Shown here: one piece after another, positions 21,422-31,315 of the stretch | Layout: each line of letters opens with the position of its first letter | Numbering within the stretch: the first letter of the stretch is position 1 | Origin: Chrysochromulina tobinii | Lineage: Eukaryota | DNA: 64,000 bases | NCBI GenBank assembly: GCA_001275005.1 | Contig: JWZX01003385.1 | Coordinates: 1-64,000, forward strand | Direction: 5' to 3' | The notes under the pieces: generated by a model | Told to the model about the DNA's origin: nothing | Seen by the model: only the letters and a program-made list of their open reading frames with translations | Database searches by the model: none | Position numbers and translations under genes: made by a program

Positions 21422-22312
21422 ATGACAAAACCGAGCGTCGACACATGCAGTGTCGACGGTGGTAGAGTGACAGCAATACCCACGGCGGCGAGCATGACGT
21501 CGACCGAACGGAGAGGAAGCAAGGCCATTCGCGAATACGCCATCGCAGTGGGCACGGGCGCGCTGTTTGGCGCTACAAACACAATCGTGGGTCATCCATT
21601 TGACACGGTCAAGACAAAGATGCAGGCGCAGAGGGGCTTTGGAGGCTCCGTGCATGAAGCTGTTCGCACCATCGTGGCCACAGACGGCTTGCGCGGTTTT
21701 TTCCATGGCTGCATACCTCCGATGTGGGGCTCGGCCGTTTATCGCTCCGCTCAGTTCGCCGTGTACAACGAGCTGCATGGTGCTCTCGGATCGAGGCCAG
21801 CATTGCGTCAGCATGTAGACCCATTCGGTGTGGGCTCAGAAATGGAGCTGAGAGTCCCCATCGCGGGTGTGGTGGGTGCGACCGCACGCACGATCATCGA
21901 GTCGCCGATAGAGTACGCCAAGGTCAAAGGGCAGACTGGCCAGACATGGCGGTTTGGCGAGATCTATCAAGGTGCACATCTGCAGTGGGCGAGGACTGGT
22001 CCGATGATGACGTTTTACTTCTGCGCCTTCGACATGTGCAAGCGCAATGGGTACACGCAGACGGCACTCGGACAGTTCATCTCAAGCGGCTGCTGCGCCC
22101 TCCTGGGATTCTGGATCGTGTGGCCATTTGAGACGCTCAAGAACCGGGCGCAGGCGGGGATGGATTCGGTGCACAAGATGCCAGGTGGGCTGTTAGGGCT
22201 CTACCGCGGCATCGGTCCAGGCTCGGTCTCCGTCTTCCTACGCAACGGTGCGGCGATGATCGCTATGCAATTCGCCAATCGCAAGATCACCGAGTGGGGC
22301 CTGCGCGACTGA
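21422..22312 (+). CDS. Mitochondrial carrier family (SLC25) protein
   Basis: Three Px[DE]xx[KR] signatures: HPFDTVKTKMQ, SPIEYAKVKGQ, WPFETLKNRAQ. Confidence 0.9.
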   Translation: MTKPSVDTCSVDGGRVTAIPTAASMTSTERRGSKAIREYAIAVGTGALFGATNTIVGHPFDTVKTKMQAQRGFGGSVHEAVRTIVATDGLRGFFHGCIPPMWGSAVYRSAQFAVYNELHGALGSRPALRQHVDPFGVGSEMELRVPIAGVVGATARTIIESPIEYAKVKGQTGQTWRFGEIYQGAHLQWARTGPMMTFYFCAFDMCKRNGYTQTALGQFISSGCCALLGFWIVWPFETLKNRAQAGMDSVHKMPGGLLGLYRGIGPGSVSVFLRNGAAMIAMQFANRKITEWGLRD

Positions 22313-22506
22313 CTTCTATTGGGCGGGTCGACTGAGCCTGTGTGCGTTAACGTGTGTCCGCGTGGTGCGTTCTGCGTGCGGCGGGTAGCCGGGTAGGCCG
22401 CACGCCAGAGTGTGGCGCGTGCGCATCACGATCACCATCAGAGAGGAGTGTCCCGAGGCCCATACAGCGTTTCAGCTTTAGAAGCGGCGCGCGGTATGGG
22501 TAACCG

Positions 22507-23355
22507 TCACATGCAGACGCGAACCGCGGAACCCGCGCGCGCGGTGAGGCCACGTTTTGACTCTTGTGGCACGCACCGGCACAGCCGCCACTGATTGCCG
22601 CGCGCATGGCGACACAGAGAGAAACTCATCAGAGGACGCTCTCCGCGGCGACGTTCTCTAGGAGACTTGGCGGCCCACGAAAGACAGCCCTCTTCCTTGT
22701 CCTGGCACACCATCGAGCACACGCCGCACGACATCGGGCACTCTGCGTTCATCATGCCCGGGTTTTTGAGGCATTCGTCATCGAGCGCCCAGATGGCACA
22801 CGCCGTCTCGTTGTGGTCGACGCACTTGCCCGTGGCGCACTTGCCCACCTTGCAGCTGTTCGGGCAGGCCTTGAGCGCGTGGCCAGGGTTCTTCACGCAC
22901 TCGCCTTCACGCGACCAACCCGGACAGCTATCGTGCGTGTCGCGGCACGCGCCCTCGCACACGCCGCAACTGACGGGGCAGTGCATGTTCATGAAGCCCG
23001 GGTTCTCCTGGCACTGACCCTTCTTGGCCCAATGGTTACAGTTCGTGTGGATGTCGGCACAGCGCGGCGTGCACAAACCGCAACTGGTTGGGCATTCCCT
23101 GTGCATGAATGCCGTCGCCGTTGCGCACTCGCCGGCCTTCGCCCACGAAGCGCAGGTCTCATTTCGGTCGGAGCAGATCATGGTGCACACGCCGCACGAT
23201 TGCGGGCAGAGGGTCTTCACGTGCTCGCCGTTGGTGCCGTCGCACTCGCCGTCCAGCGCCCATGAGGAGCACGACGTGTCCTTGTCATTGCAGAACCCGA
23301 TCGTCGCTTCGACTCCCGAGAGCGTGACGAGGACGAAGACAGCGACGGTACGCAT
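22507..23355 (-). CDS. Secreted multi-ShKT domain protein
   Basis: Signal peptide MRTVAVFVLVTLSGVEA; five complete C-x-D...C..WA..GEC..N...M...C..SC..C units and a sixth partial one; 3' end uncertain. Confidence 0.85.
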   Translation of the reverse strand: MRTVAVFVLVTLSGVEATIGFCNDKDTSCSSWALDGECDGTNGEHVKTLCPQSCGVCTMICSDRNETCASWAKAGECATATAFMHRECPTSCGLCTPRCADIHTNCNHWAKKGQCQENPGFMNMHCPVSCGVCEGACRDTHDSCPGWSREGECVKNPGHALKACPNSCKVGKCATGKCVDHNETACAIWALDDECLKNPGMMNAECPMSCGVCSMVCQDKEEGCLSWAAKSPRERRRGERPLMSFSLCRHARGNQWRLCRCVPQESKRGLTARAGSAVRVCM

Positions 23356-23552
23356 GCGATGTCGCACTTCTCCTTCTCGAGAATGCTTCCTGGCGACTCT
23401 GTGCATGGCGCCTCACGAATTCCTAGGTTGTGCAATTGGCGGTCGTAGTCGTGTGCATGCAAGCTCACGTGGGGCCGCCCAAGACCCCAACCAAACGCGT
23501 CATGTCGAACGTACTGTCCCGGTAAGTTTACCGGTCATGTTTTCGGTGCAAG

Positions 23553-25913
23553 TTGTCGGAGCTGTTCGTGTCGCTCGCTCGCACACGCAGCCCGGAAGCG
23601 GGAACAATGGCGCGCATCGGGAGCCTATGCCCGATTGGCCTACCCGAAGCGAAGCAGCTGAGCACGTATGCCCTGCTGCCAATCACCGCAGCATACCGGT
23701 CGGGCATCGAATTGGCCAAGACCGTCGATCGTGGAGTGTGGTCTGCTAGCATGCATGATCAAATCTCCCCTATCCGACCAGAACTGCTGGCTCCAGAGCT
23801 TCGAGGAATGAAGGACTTTGAGCTCAAAATTTTGAGTCCACGGCCACACGTCCGTGCGCCTGGGGACCTGGCTGTTGCAACTCTTTCACAAGAGGGCGCA
23901 GGGTCACCGACACTATCACCTCGAGAAGGTGCAGAGGGTCAAGTCTGGGAGACCGAACTCTTCGGAATTCACCGAATCGAGCCCATCGCGCCTCGGAGTC
24001 TAAAACCACGAGAGTGCCGCCAACCACGCCGAGCTGACACGTGCGCAATAAACGCACCGACAAGCACACCAGTGACTGCCACTGGCGCCGCTGCTGACTT
24101 CGGCAGTAAACCGAAACGCGAGTTGGCACAGTGCGAGATGCCGAGGAGCAGTAGGTCCTCACGCTCTTCTTCCCGCTCTTCAAGATCCGCTGCCGCTGGT
24201 GCCAACGCTGTGAACAATTGCGGCACCCAAGCTATAACCCAACCTACCGGTAGCACCACTCCTCGGGGCTGTCCTGAAGACGAAGCTTGGCGAAGGGTCG
24301 TTTCGGCGGCTCAGATGGAGAAAGTGGAGGAACCTCAACTGCAAACTGGTGGCGCGAACTCCGCTCCTGTCGCTGCTGGCGTTGCGACCTCCAGTGGCGC
24401 CTTGCAGCCCCGCAGAGGCCCGAGGGCAGAGGCTTCACCGCGCATGCCAGCGCAGCTCGCCATCGTCTCAGCGCCACTGCCACCCCGGCGAGCTACCGGT
24501 ACTGCCACTGGGGACTTTGAGCCAGTGCCACCCGAGGACGCTGCGCCCCTCCCACCCCGGCGAGCCGCGATCCATTATGTCGGCTCAGTGTACACAGAGC
24601 CGTATGTGGAGCCGGCCGTCGCGCAGAACCGTATGGAGGTGGCCGTCGCGCGTGCTGTCGGCGCTCCTCGTAGCAGCCTCCCCGCGGGCGCTGGTCGAGC
24701 CTCGGGCCGCAAGCTGTCGCCGCGCCGTCCACCACACGCTGCGGACATCTCGTCACAGAAAGGAAGGCCTTTGCCGACACAGCCGTTACAGCCTACACAG
24801 CTGACCAAGGGAAAGGCTTCGCCCCGACCGGTCGTAAACGCCTCCTTGTCGCCCCCTTCGTCGCCCTCTTCGTTGCGCCGTTCGGCGGCGGCGGCGGCGG
24901 CGGCGGCGGCGGAGGCGGCGACGGCGTTGGCGGAGTTGGCGGCGGCGTCGGCGTCGGCGGCCTTCGGGGCCGTGGCCACGGCGCCATCTGCCATTGCGGA
25001 GACTGCGGAGATTGCGGAGATTGCGGAGATTGAGGAGATTGAGGAGGGCAAGCCCGCGCGGCTGCCTATACTGCCTCCGTCGAGCCTACGCCAATGGGCG
25101 CGCCAACGGGTGATCAAGGACGAGGACTTGCCCGCGTGCACTTTCAACCCGGGCGAGGTCATCATGTTCGGAGGCTCCGCACAAGAAAGGGCGGCTCTCG
25201 GGCGGATGCTGGTTCGAATGGGAGAGGCGCATACCTTCAGCCGGCACGCGCCACGAGCGCGCGCGTTGGGCAGCCGAGGCGCTCTCCTGAGCAGCAGAAG
25301 CAACCGCAGCAGCCGCGGCTGCCGCAGCCGCAAAGCCTCTCGGCAAGGTTCCCCGGAGGGCCTCTCGGGGTGCCATTCTAGGCAAGGATCTTCGGAGGGC
25401 CTCTCAGGGAGCCATTCGGCACGTGAAGCCTTGCCTAATTTGGCACCAGAGCCACATGATGGCATCAGAGCTCCTCGACCGCCTGTGCACAGCGATGCAG
25501 CCATCGCTGCCGGACCGTGGCCGCCACGACCGCCTCCGCACCCGGCACCGCCGATTTCGGGCGGAGACACCAAAGTATACCGTCGGCTGCCAAAGTTCGG
25601 CATCCAAACCGCTAACTTGCAGCCCGACCAGTGGCACATCGAGTCGGCCGCCTCGCCCGCAGCCGCCGCGATGCTGCCGCCGCCTCTGGAGCGGTTTGCG
25701 AACGCAGGCCGCGCCAGTGGAGCCCGTGCGGGGCGGCCCATGCTGCATTCCGTCGAACAGGCGTCTCCGGCGCTCACGTCCATGCAGGGCGCCCTGCGAG
25801 CGCGGCAGGTGAAGGATGTGGTGGAAGGATACGAATCTGCTGGCGGCGGTGAAGATCAAGATGCCATCGCTGGTTGGCCATCAGCTTGGTTAGTACAGCC
25901 GACTGTAGCTTAG
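23553..25913 (+). CDS. Uncharacterised low-complexity protein
   Basis: 786-codon ORF, Pro/Ala/Ser-rich; no recognisable domain. Confidence 0.5.
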   Translation: MSELFVSLARTRSPEAGTMARIGSLCPIGLPEAKQLSTYALLPITAAYRSGIELAKTVDRGVWSASMHDQISPIRPELLAPELRGMKDFELKILSPRPHVRAPGDLAVATLSQEGAGSPTLSPREGAEGQVWETELFGIHRIEPIAPRSLKPRECRQPRRADTCAINAPTSTPVTATGAAADFGSKPKRELAQCEMPRSSRSSRSSSRSSRSAAAGANAVNNCGTQAITQPTGSTTPRGCPEDEAWRRVVSAAQMEKVEEPQLQTGGANSAPVAAGVATSSGALQPRRGPRAEASPRMPAQLAIVSAPLPPRRATGTATGDFEPVPPEDAAPLPPRRAAIHYVGSVYTEPYVEPAVAQNRMEVAVARAVGAPRSSLPAGAGRASGRKLSPRRPPHAADISSQKGRPLPTQPLQPTQLTKGKASPRPVVNASLSPPSSPSSLRRSAAAAAAAAAEAATALAELAAASASAAFGAVATAPSAIAETAEIAEIAEIEEIEEGKPARLPILPPSSLRQWARQRVIKDEDLPACTFNPGEVIMFGGSAQERAALGRMLVRMGEAHTFSRHAPRARALGSRGALLSSRSNRSSRGCRSRKASRQGSPEGLSGCHSRQGSSEGLSGSHSAREALPNLAPEPHDGIRAPRPPVHSDAAIAAGPWPPRPPPHPAPPISGGDTKVYRRLPKFGIQTANLQPDQWHIESAASPAAAAMLPPPLERFANAGRASGARAGRPMLHSVEQASPALTSMQGALRARQVKDVVEGYESAGGGEDQDAIAGWPSAWLVQPTVA

Positions 25914-26350
25914 AGTACACTGGTCCCGTCGGTGAGTGAGTGTTCAGTGTACATTTTTTTCACGTCAGGACACTATCCGCACAGCCGCGCATGAACCACA
26001 AGAGACGGCCACCGAGTCCGAGACGAGAAGTGCGAAGCCCAACGATCGAATGCACAACGCGCAACGCTTGAGGCGAGGATGGAACGATGCTCGATGGATC
26101 TCCACGGACCACGCTCCTGGGCGACGCTCCGGCTCGGCGCACGGGGCGGTCGGGGGGGGGGCCACGGGCGCGGATAAAACTAAGAGAGAGATAGAGAGAG
26201 ATTTGGAGAGGGGTGAGGACCCAATAAACACACTACACATTTCACAGCCATTTGGTCGCCTTCTCGCGAGCCAATCGCGCACTTTTGTCCATCCACTTTG
26301 ACACAATCGCGTGAATGACGACTGACATTGGGAGGACGACGGCTCGCCCA

Positions 26351-29300
26351 ATGGCTGAGTTGACCCTACCCTCCAAGTTCAAGACTCTTTGGCAGCACTG
26401 CTCCGCACTCTCGAATGCAAACTACTGGGTCAGTGTGGATGGGCTCGGCAATGCGGAGCTGGAGGACGACATGCGCTCGGCGGCTCACGTCGTGCATGGC
26501 GGCATGCTGCACAAGTTCCGCAAGTCTGGCCGCGAGAAGCCGCACCGGCGTTTCGTGCGCGCGACGGGCGGCACAACTGCCCCGGATGGACGGCGCTCAC
26601 CTGTCGTGCTCCAGTGGGACAAGAAGGCCGCGCCGGTGGTGCGTGCTGACGAGCAGGTGTACGAGTCGTGCTTCCAGGGCGGCCCGGCACCGGACGCCCC
26701 TGGTTGCTTCCAGGTCATCCTCGACAAGCGGATGGTCTTCCTCGTCGCCGACTCCGCTGAGGAGAAGCAGATCTGGGTGCTTGGTGACCCTAAATGGAAC
26801 CCTAACCCCAACCCAAACTCTCACCTTAACCCGAACCCGAACCCTAACCCTAGGTGCGCGGCATTAACGCGCTCGTCGCCCAAGGGATCTGCATGCTGCA
26901 GCGTGACGACGAGCGGCTGGGCGCCGAAGTGGCCCCCGACGGGCCGGGCGAGTGGAGCGCAGTCGTTGATGCCGAGACTGGCGCTGTCTACCTTCGCGAC
27001 TACTCGAGTGCGAACGAGCACTGGATCGTTCCCAACCAGAGTACGCTCTCGATCCGCAAGGCTGACCCATGATGACCGATGATGACCTCTGAAGACCAAT
27101 TATGACACCCGATGACCTCTGATGACCTCTGATGACCTCTAATGACCTTCCCGCTCAGGTGCTGCCGGGCTGCCACCGCCGCCACAGGCCGCTGGCCGGT
27201 CGGGTGCACGCCCACCGCCGCTGCCGCCCGAGGCGTACGAGGCCGAGCCGGACCAGAGCGCCAAGAGCGAGGTTGGAGACTATAATGAGGGCGAAGGCCC
27301 AAATATGGACGGAGACCCAAACATGGACGGATACCCACGCGGCAATTCGCGCCTCACGCGTCCGTGCTCATCACAGCGCGCGTGCCTGGAGAGCGCACCC
27401 GCGCTCAAGCCATCGGTGCTCCGCACAGCACTCCCGCCGCCGGGGCTCACGGAGGAGGCGCCGCGCCGTGATGATTCGCACGTGCGGGATCCGCTGGCTA
27501 ATTGGATGATCAATCAGGCCGAGGAGCGCGCGCGCGTCTTCCGCGACCTGCAGGCTCAGGTGGACTGATTGCCTCTCTGATGGCGTGCATGTGATTGCAA
27601 TCGATTGGCATCCCTGAGTGCCTCCCTGCGGGCTTGCATGCTGGTCTCCATGGTGGGTCCTGATGGCCTCCAATGGCGCCTGATGGCCTCTGATGGCTTC
27701 GGATGACCTCTGATGACCTCGGATGACCTCGGATGGCCTCGGATGACCTCTGATGACCTCTTATTGACCTCTGATGACCTCTGATGACCTCTGATGACCT
27801 CGAGTCCGCAGGTGGACGACGAGGAGGAGCGCCGGAGAGTCGATCTCGAGGAGGACGAGCGACGCCAGCGCGAAGTAATCAGGGAGGCAATCAGGGAGGT
27901 GAAGGGCAGGGAGCAGAGGCAGCGCGAAGCCGCCGACGAGGCCGAGAGACATCGCCGGATGGCGGAGGAGCATGCGATCGCTCAGGCCAAGTACTGAGTA
28001 CCTCTGATTACCCCGGATTGGCACTGATGGTCCCTGAATGCTCAAATGAGCACCCCTGATTACCCCTGATTGCATTGCAAGGCATGCAGGTTCAAACAGG
28101 ACAAGTACCTCTGATTACCCCTGGATGCACCTGGTGGTTTGCAGGTACGAACAGGAAAAGGCTGCCTGGGAGGCGGCTGAGAAGATTCGACACACAGCAA
28201 CGGCGACCGACCAGCTGCAGGGGGCGTTGATGACACGGGACGCGCCCACGCTGCGAGCTGCGATCTCGACGTACGGGCCGATCCTCGAGGACGCCGGAGC
28301 GTCGTCCCGGGCGGACTTGGAGTTGGCCAAGGAGTACCTGACGAAGCTCGATGCCGCAGCGGCCACCTTTGCCAGGCAGTACGCTGGATGACCTGATTGA
28401 GCCTGACTGCCCCTGAGTAGCCCCTGAGTACGTTGGATGGCCTGATTGAGCTCGGGCGGGGAGATTGAGCCGCTGAGTACGATGGGTTGCTTCGTACGAC
28501 TCAGCCGTCTGAGTGCCCGCTGAGTGCTTGCTTTCGGATCAAGGCGTGCTTGCTTTCGGATGCTTGCAGGTACAACGCGGCAGTTGCAGAGCTCCACCAG
28601 CTGACCCATGCGGACGTGTCGCAGCTCGAGGCCGGGGCGACGTTGACGAGACTCGGCCACGTGGCGGAGCGCGCCGCGGCGCTCGGCGCACCCGAGGATT
28701 TGATGCATGCAGCGCAGGTGCGCGCGAATGCGCTGCATGCAAGCCACGTGGAGCTGCTGCACGCGCGCGCGCGCGCCGAGGCGGAGGTGCTCGACACGGC
28801 GCGCGCGACGCATGCCATCGGGATCGTGGGGGCAGACGCATTGCGCGCGGCGCTCGCACACGCCGCCTCGGTGCAGCTCGAGGGCGAAGTGCTCACCACG
28901 GCGCAGGCGACGCTCGAGGCGCTCCTTCGTGCCGAAGCCGAGCGTGAGCTTGAGCACGCCGCGGCGACACGCGCGCTGGAGGAGGCGACAGCGGCGGCAC
29001 AAGCCGAGCTCATGCGAGCTGCGGAGACGGGTGAGACGCTGCGTGAGTTTGGACGCTGCGCCACCCTCCATGAGGCCCTCCAACGCGCTCTCGCTCATAA
29101 TCTCGCTGTGCCCGTCGAGCGCCGTGTCGAGCACCGTGGGGCCGAAGAGGCGCGGCAGACGCTGATCTCCCTCGAGCTCGCCGAGCGTGCGCACCTCGAC
29201 GAGGTGCGCCCGGGATTGCCACTGAGTGCCCTTGATTGCATCGCTCATTCACCATGAGGCAGTCTCTGATGGCCTCTGATGGCTTCCCACTAGCATTCCA

Positions 29301-30854
29301 CAGATGGCCTCTCAATTGCCTCCCTCATCAGGTACGGCTCGCCTCCGAGGCCCTCCACGTGGCGCTCGCGAGGGACGACGAGGAGGCGCTCGCCCTCTGC
29401 ATGCCCCACGCGCTGCCCCTACGCCCGTACATCTCGCTGATCTCGCCGGGCCTGATCGAGACCGCGGAGCAGCGCATGCATCTGCTCGCGACGGCGCGTG
29501 CCACGAGGGCGCTCGAGACGGCGCTCGCCCATGCGGAGGAGATCGGAGCCGAGAGCGTCCCCGAGGGCGCGTGGGCGGCGCTCGAGACGGCGCTCCGGCT
29601 GGCCGAGCGGGTGGGCTTGCAAGGGTTGCTCGTGCGCAAGGCGGCGGCCAAGCTCAAGGAGATGACCGAGGCCGAGGAGGCGGCGCGGCGGGAAGCAGAG
29701 GCACTCGAGTACCTTCGCCAGGCAGAGGCAACCAAACGTGAGCAGGCGGAGCGCAGGCGACAGGTAACGTCCTCTGATGGACTCCTGATGGACTCCTGAT
29801 TGGCTCATGATGGACTCCTGATTGGCTCGTGCTGGACTCCTGATGGACTCCTAATGGACTCCTGATGGACTCCTAATGGACTCCTGATTGGCTGATGATG
29901 GACACACTCATACTGGCCTTCATGCTTGGCTCATGTGGTTGACCTCGTGATGATTGACCACTTGATGACCTCGTGATTGGCCTGGTGATGACCTCGTGAT
30001 TGACCTCTTGATTGTTCTGGCAGGAGGAGGGGAAGAAGGAGAAGGAGAAGGAGGCGCGCCGTCGTGAGCGCAAGGAGGCCGAGCGAGCGGCGAAGATCAA
30101 AGAGGACGATGCACTCACGCGCGCTGCGGCGGCGCAGTCGTGGAGCATGCACACCGCCCCCGATGGACGCAAGTACTATCACAATCCGATCACCAGCGTG
30201 ACCACGTGGGACATGCCCGACGAGCTCAGGGCGAGATCGAGATCGGACGAGCTCAAGGAGCGGCAGGCAGACGAGGCGGCCGCCTCCCCGGCTCCACGGT
30301 CAAGCCACGCCTCCTCGAGCACGGCCGTGCAGCAGCCCCCGACCGAGGCGCCGCGGGCTGTGCAGCAGCCCCCCACCGAGGTGCAGCAGCCCCCCACCGA
30401 GGTGCAGCAGGCAGCATACGTCTCTCGTGTGGGCAAGCTCGATGGCGGCGACCACGACGGCGCCTCTCGTGTGGGCAAGCTCGATGGCGGCGACCACGAC
30501 GGCGCCTCTCGTGTGGGCAAGCTCGACGGCGGCGACCACGACGGCGCGACCAACGACCCGTCGAATACGAGCGCGACCAAGGTCGAATATGAGGTCGAAT
30601 ATTCGAATATGAGCGCTAGGCAGCTCCGAAAGTTTTGCGCAGCGCGCAACGTCGAAGTCCCCGACGGCGCGGGTGTGGAGCAGGTGCGCGTACTCGCGCT
30701 CGCCCACCGGAACTTGCCCCCCGTGACGTGGCAGCGCACCAAGGCGCCCGACGGCCGCGACTACTACTACAACCCGAGGACCAAGATGACGAGCTGGACC
30801 AACCCCGAGCCACTCGTCTCGGACCAGCCATCCTGCCATGAGTCAGCTAGATGA
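26351..30854 (+). CDS. PH-domain, coiled-coil and WW-domain protein, about 8 exons
   Basis: PH-like GGMLHKFRKSGREKPHRRFV...EEKQIW|VRGIN; WW domains WSMHTAPDGRKYYHNPITSVTTWDMP and WQRTKAPDGRDYYYNPRTKMTSWTNP; introns 26777-26853, 27041-27158, 27560-27811, 27991-28144, 28379-28569, 29204-29331, 29764-30023. Confidence 0.75.
26777..26853 (+). repeat. Intron made largely of degenerate telomeric (CCCTAA)n repeats
   Basis: gtgcttggtgaccctaaatggaaccctaaccccaacccaaac...ttaacccgaacccgaaccctaaccctag. Confidence 0.8.
30423..30547 (+). repeat. 3 x 42 bp coding repeat
   Basis: SRVGKLDGGDHDGA repeated three times. Confidence 0.9.
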
Positions 30855-31315
30855 GGGCGCGCCCGTCGTCTCGTGGGAAGGGGGAGGGCGGGATTTGTGG
30901 CAGTGGGGGGGAGGGGGTGTGCGCGCGTGGCAATGACAACTGCTGAGACAAGAGCCAAGACCAATTGCAATACCTGTCGCGGTGTCTGGATTGCAGAACA
31001 ACGGGAACGTCGCCCGCGTGTCTCGTCTGTGGGCGGCGGCAGCGCGTGAGGTGCTTGCCGTTTTCGTCTCGTGGTAGCGTAGAACGGCCGCGGCAGCCGG
31101 ATTTTTTTCGAAAGGCGAAAGGCGAAAGACGAAAGGCGAAAGACGAAAGGCCACGATTCCACAATGACGATCCGCGTACCACGATTCCACAATGTGATGA
31201 ATCGGTCAAGTCCGCGTTACACGAAGCTGACTCGCCCCCGGTCACCTACACAGGTCACCACCCCTTGCAGATGCGCCATTCGGGGCCATTAGAGGTCATT
31301 AGGGGCCATGAGAGG

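Noticed and set aside
31108..31150. 7-bp cgaaag(g/a) repeat as a terminator or structured RNA
   Set aside because: Simple microsatellite between convergent genes with no recognisable stem or RNA family.
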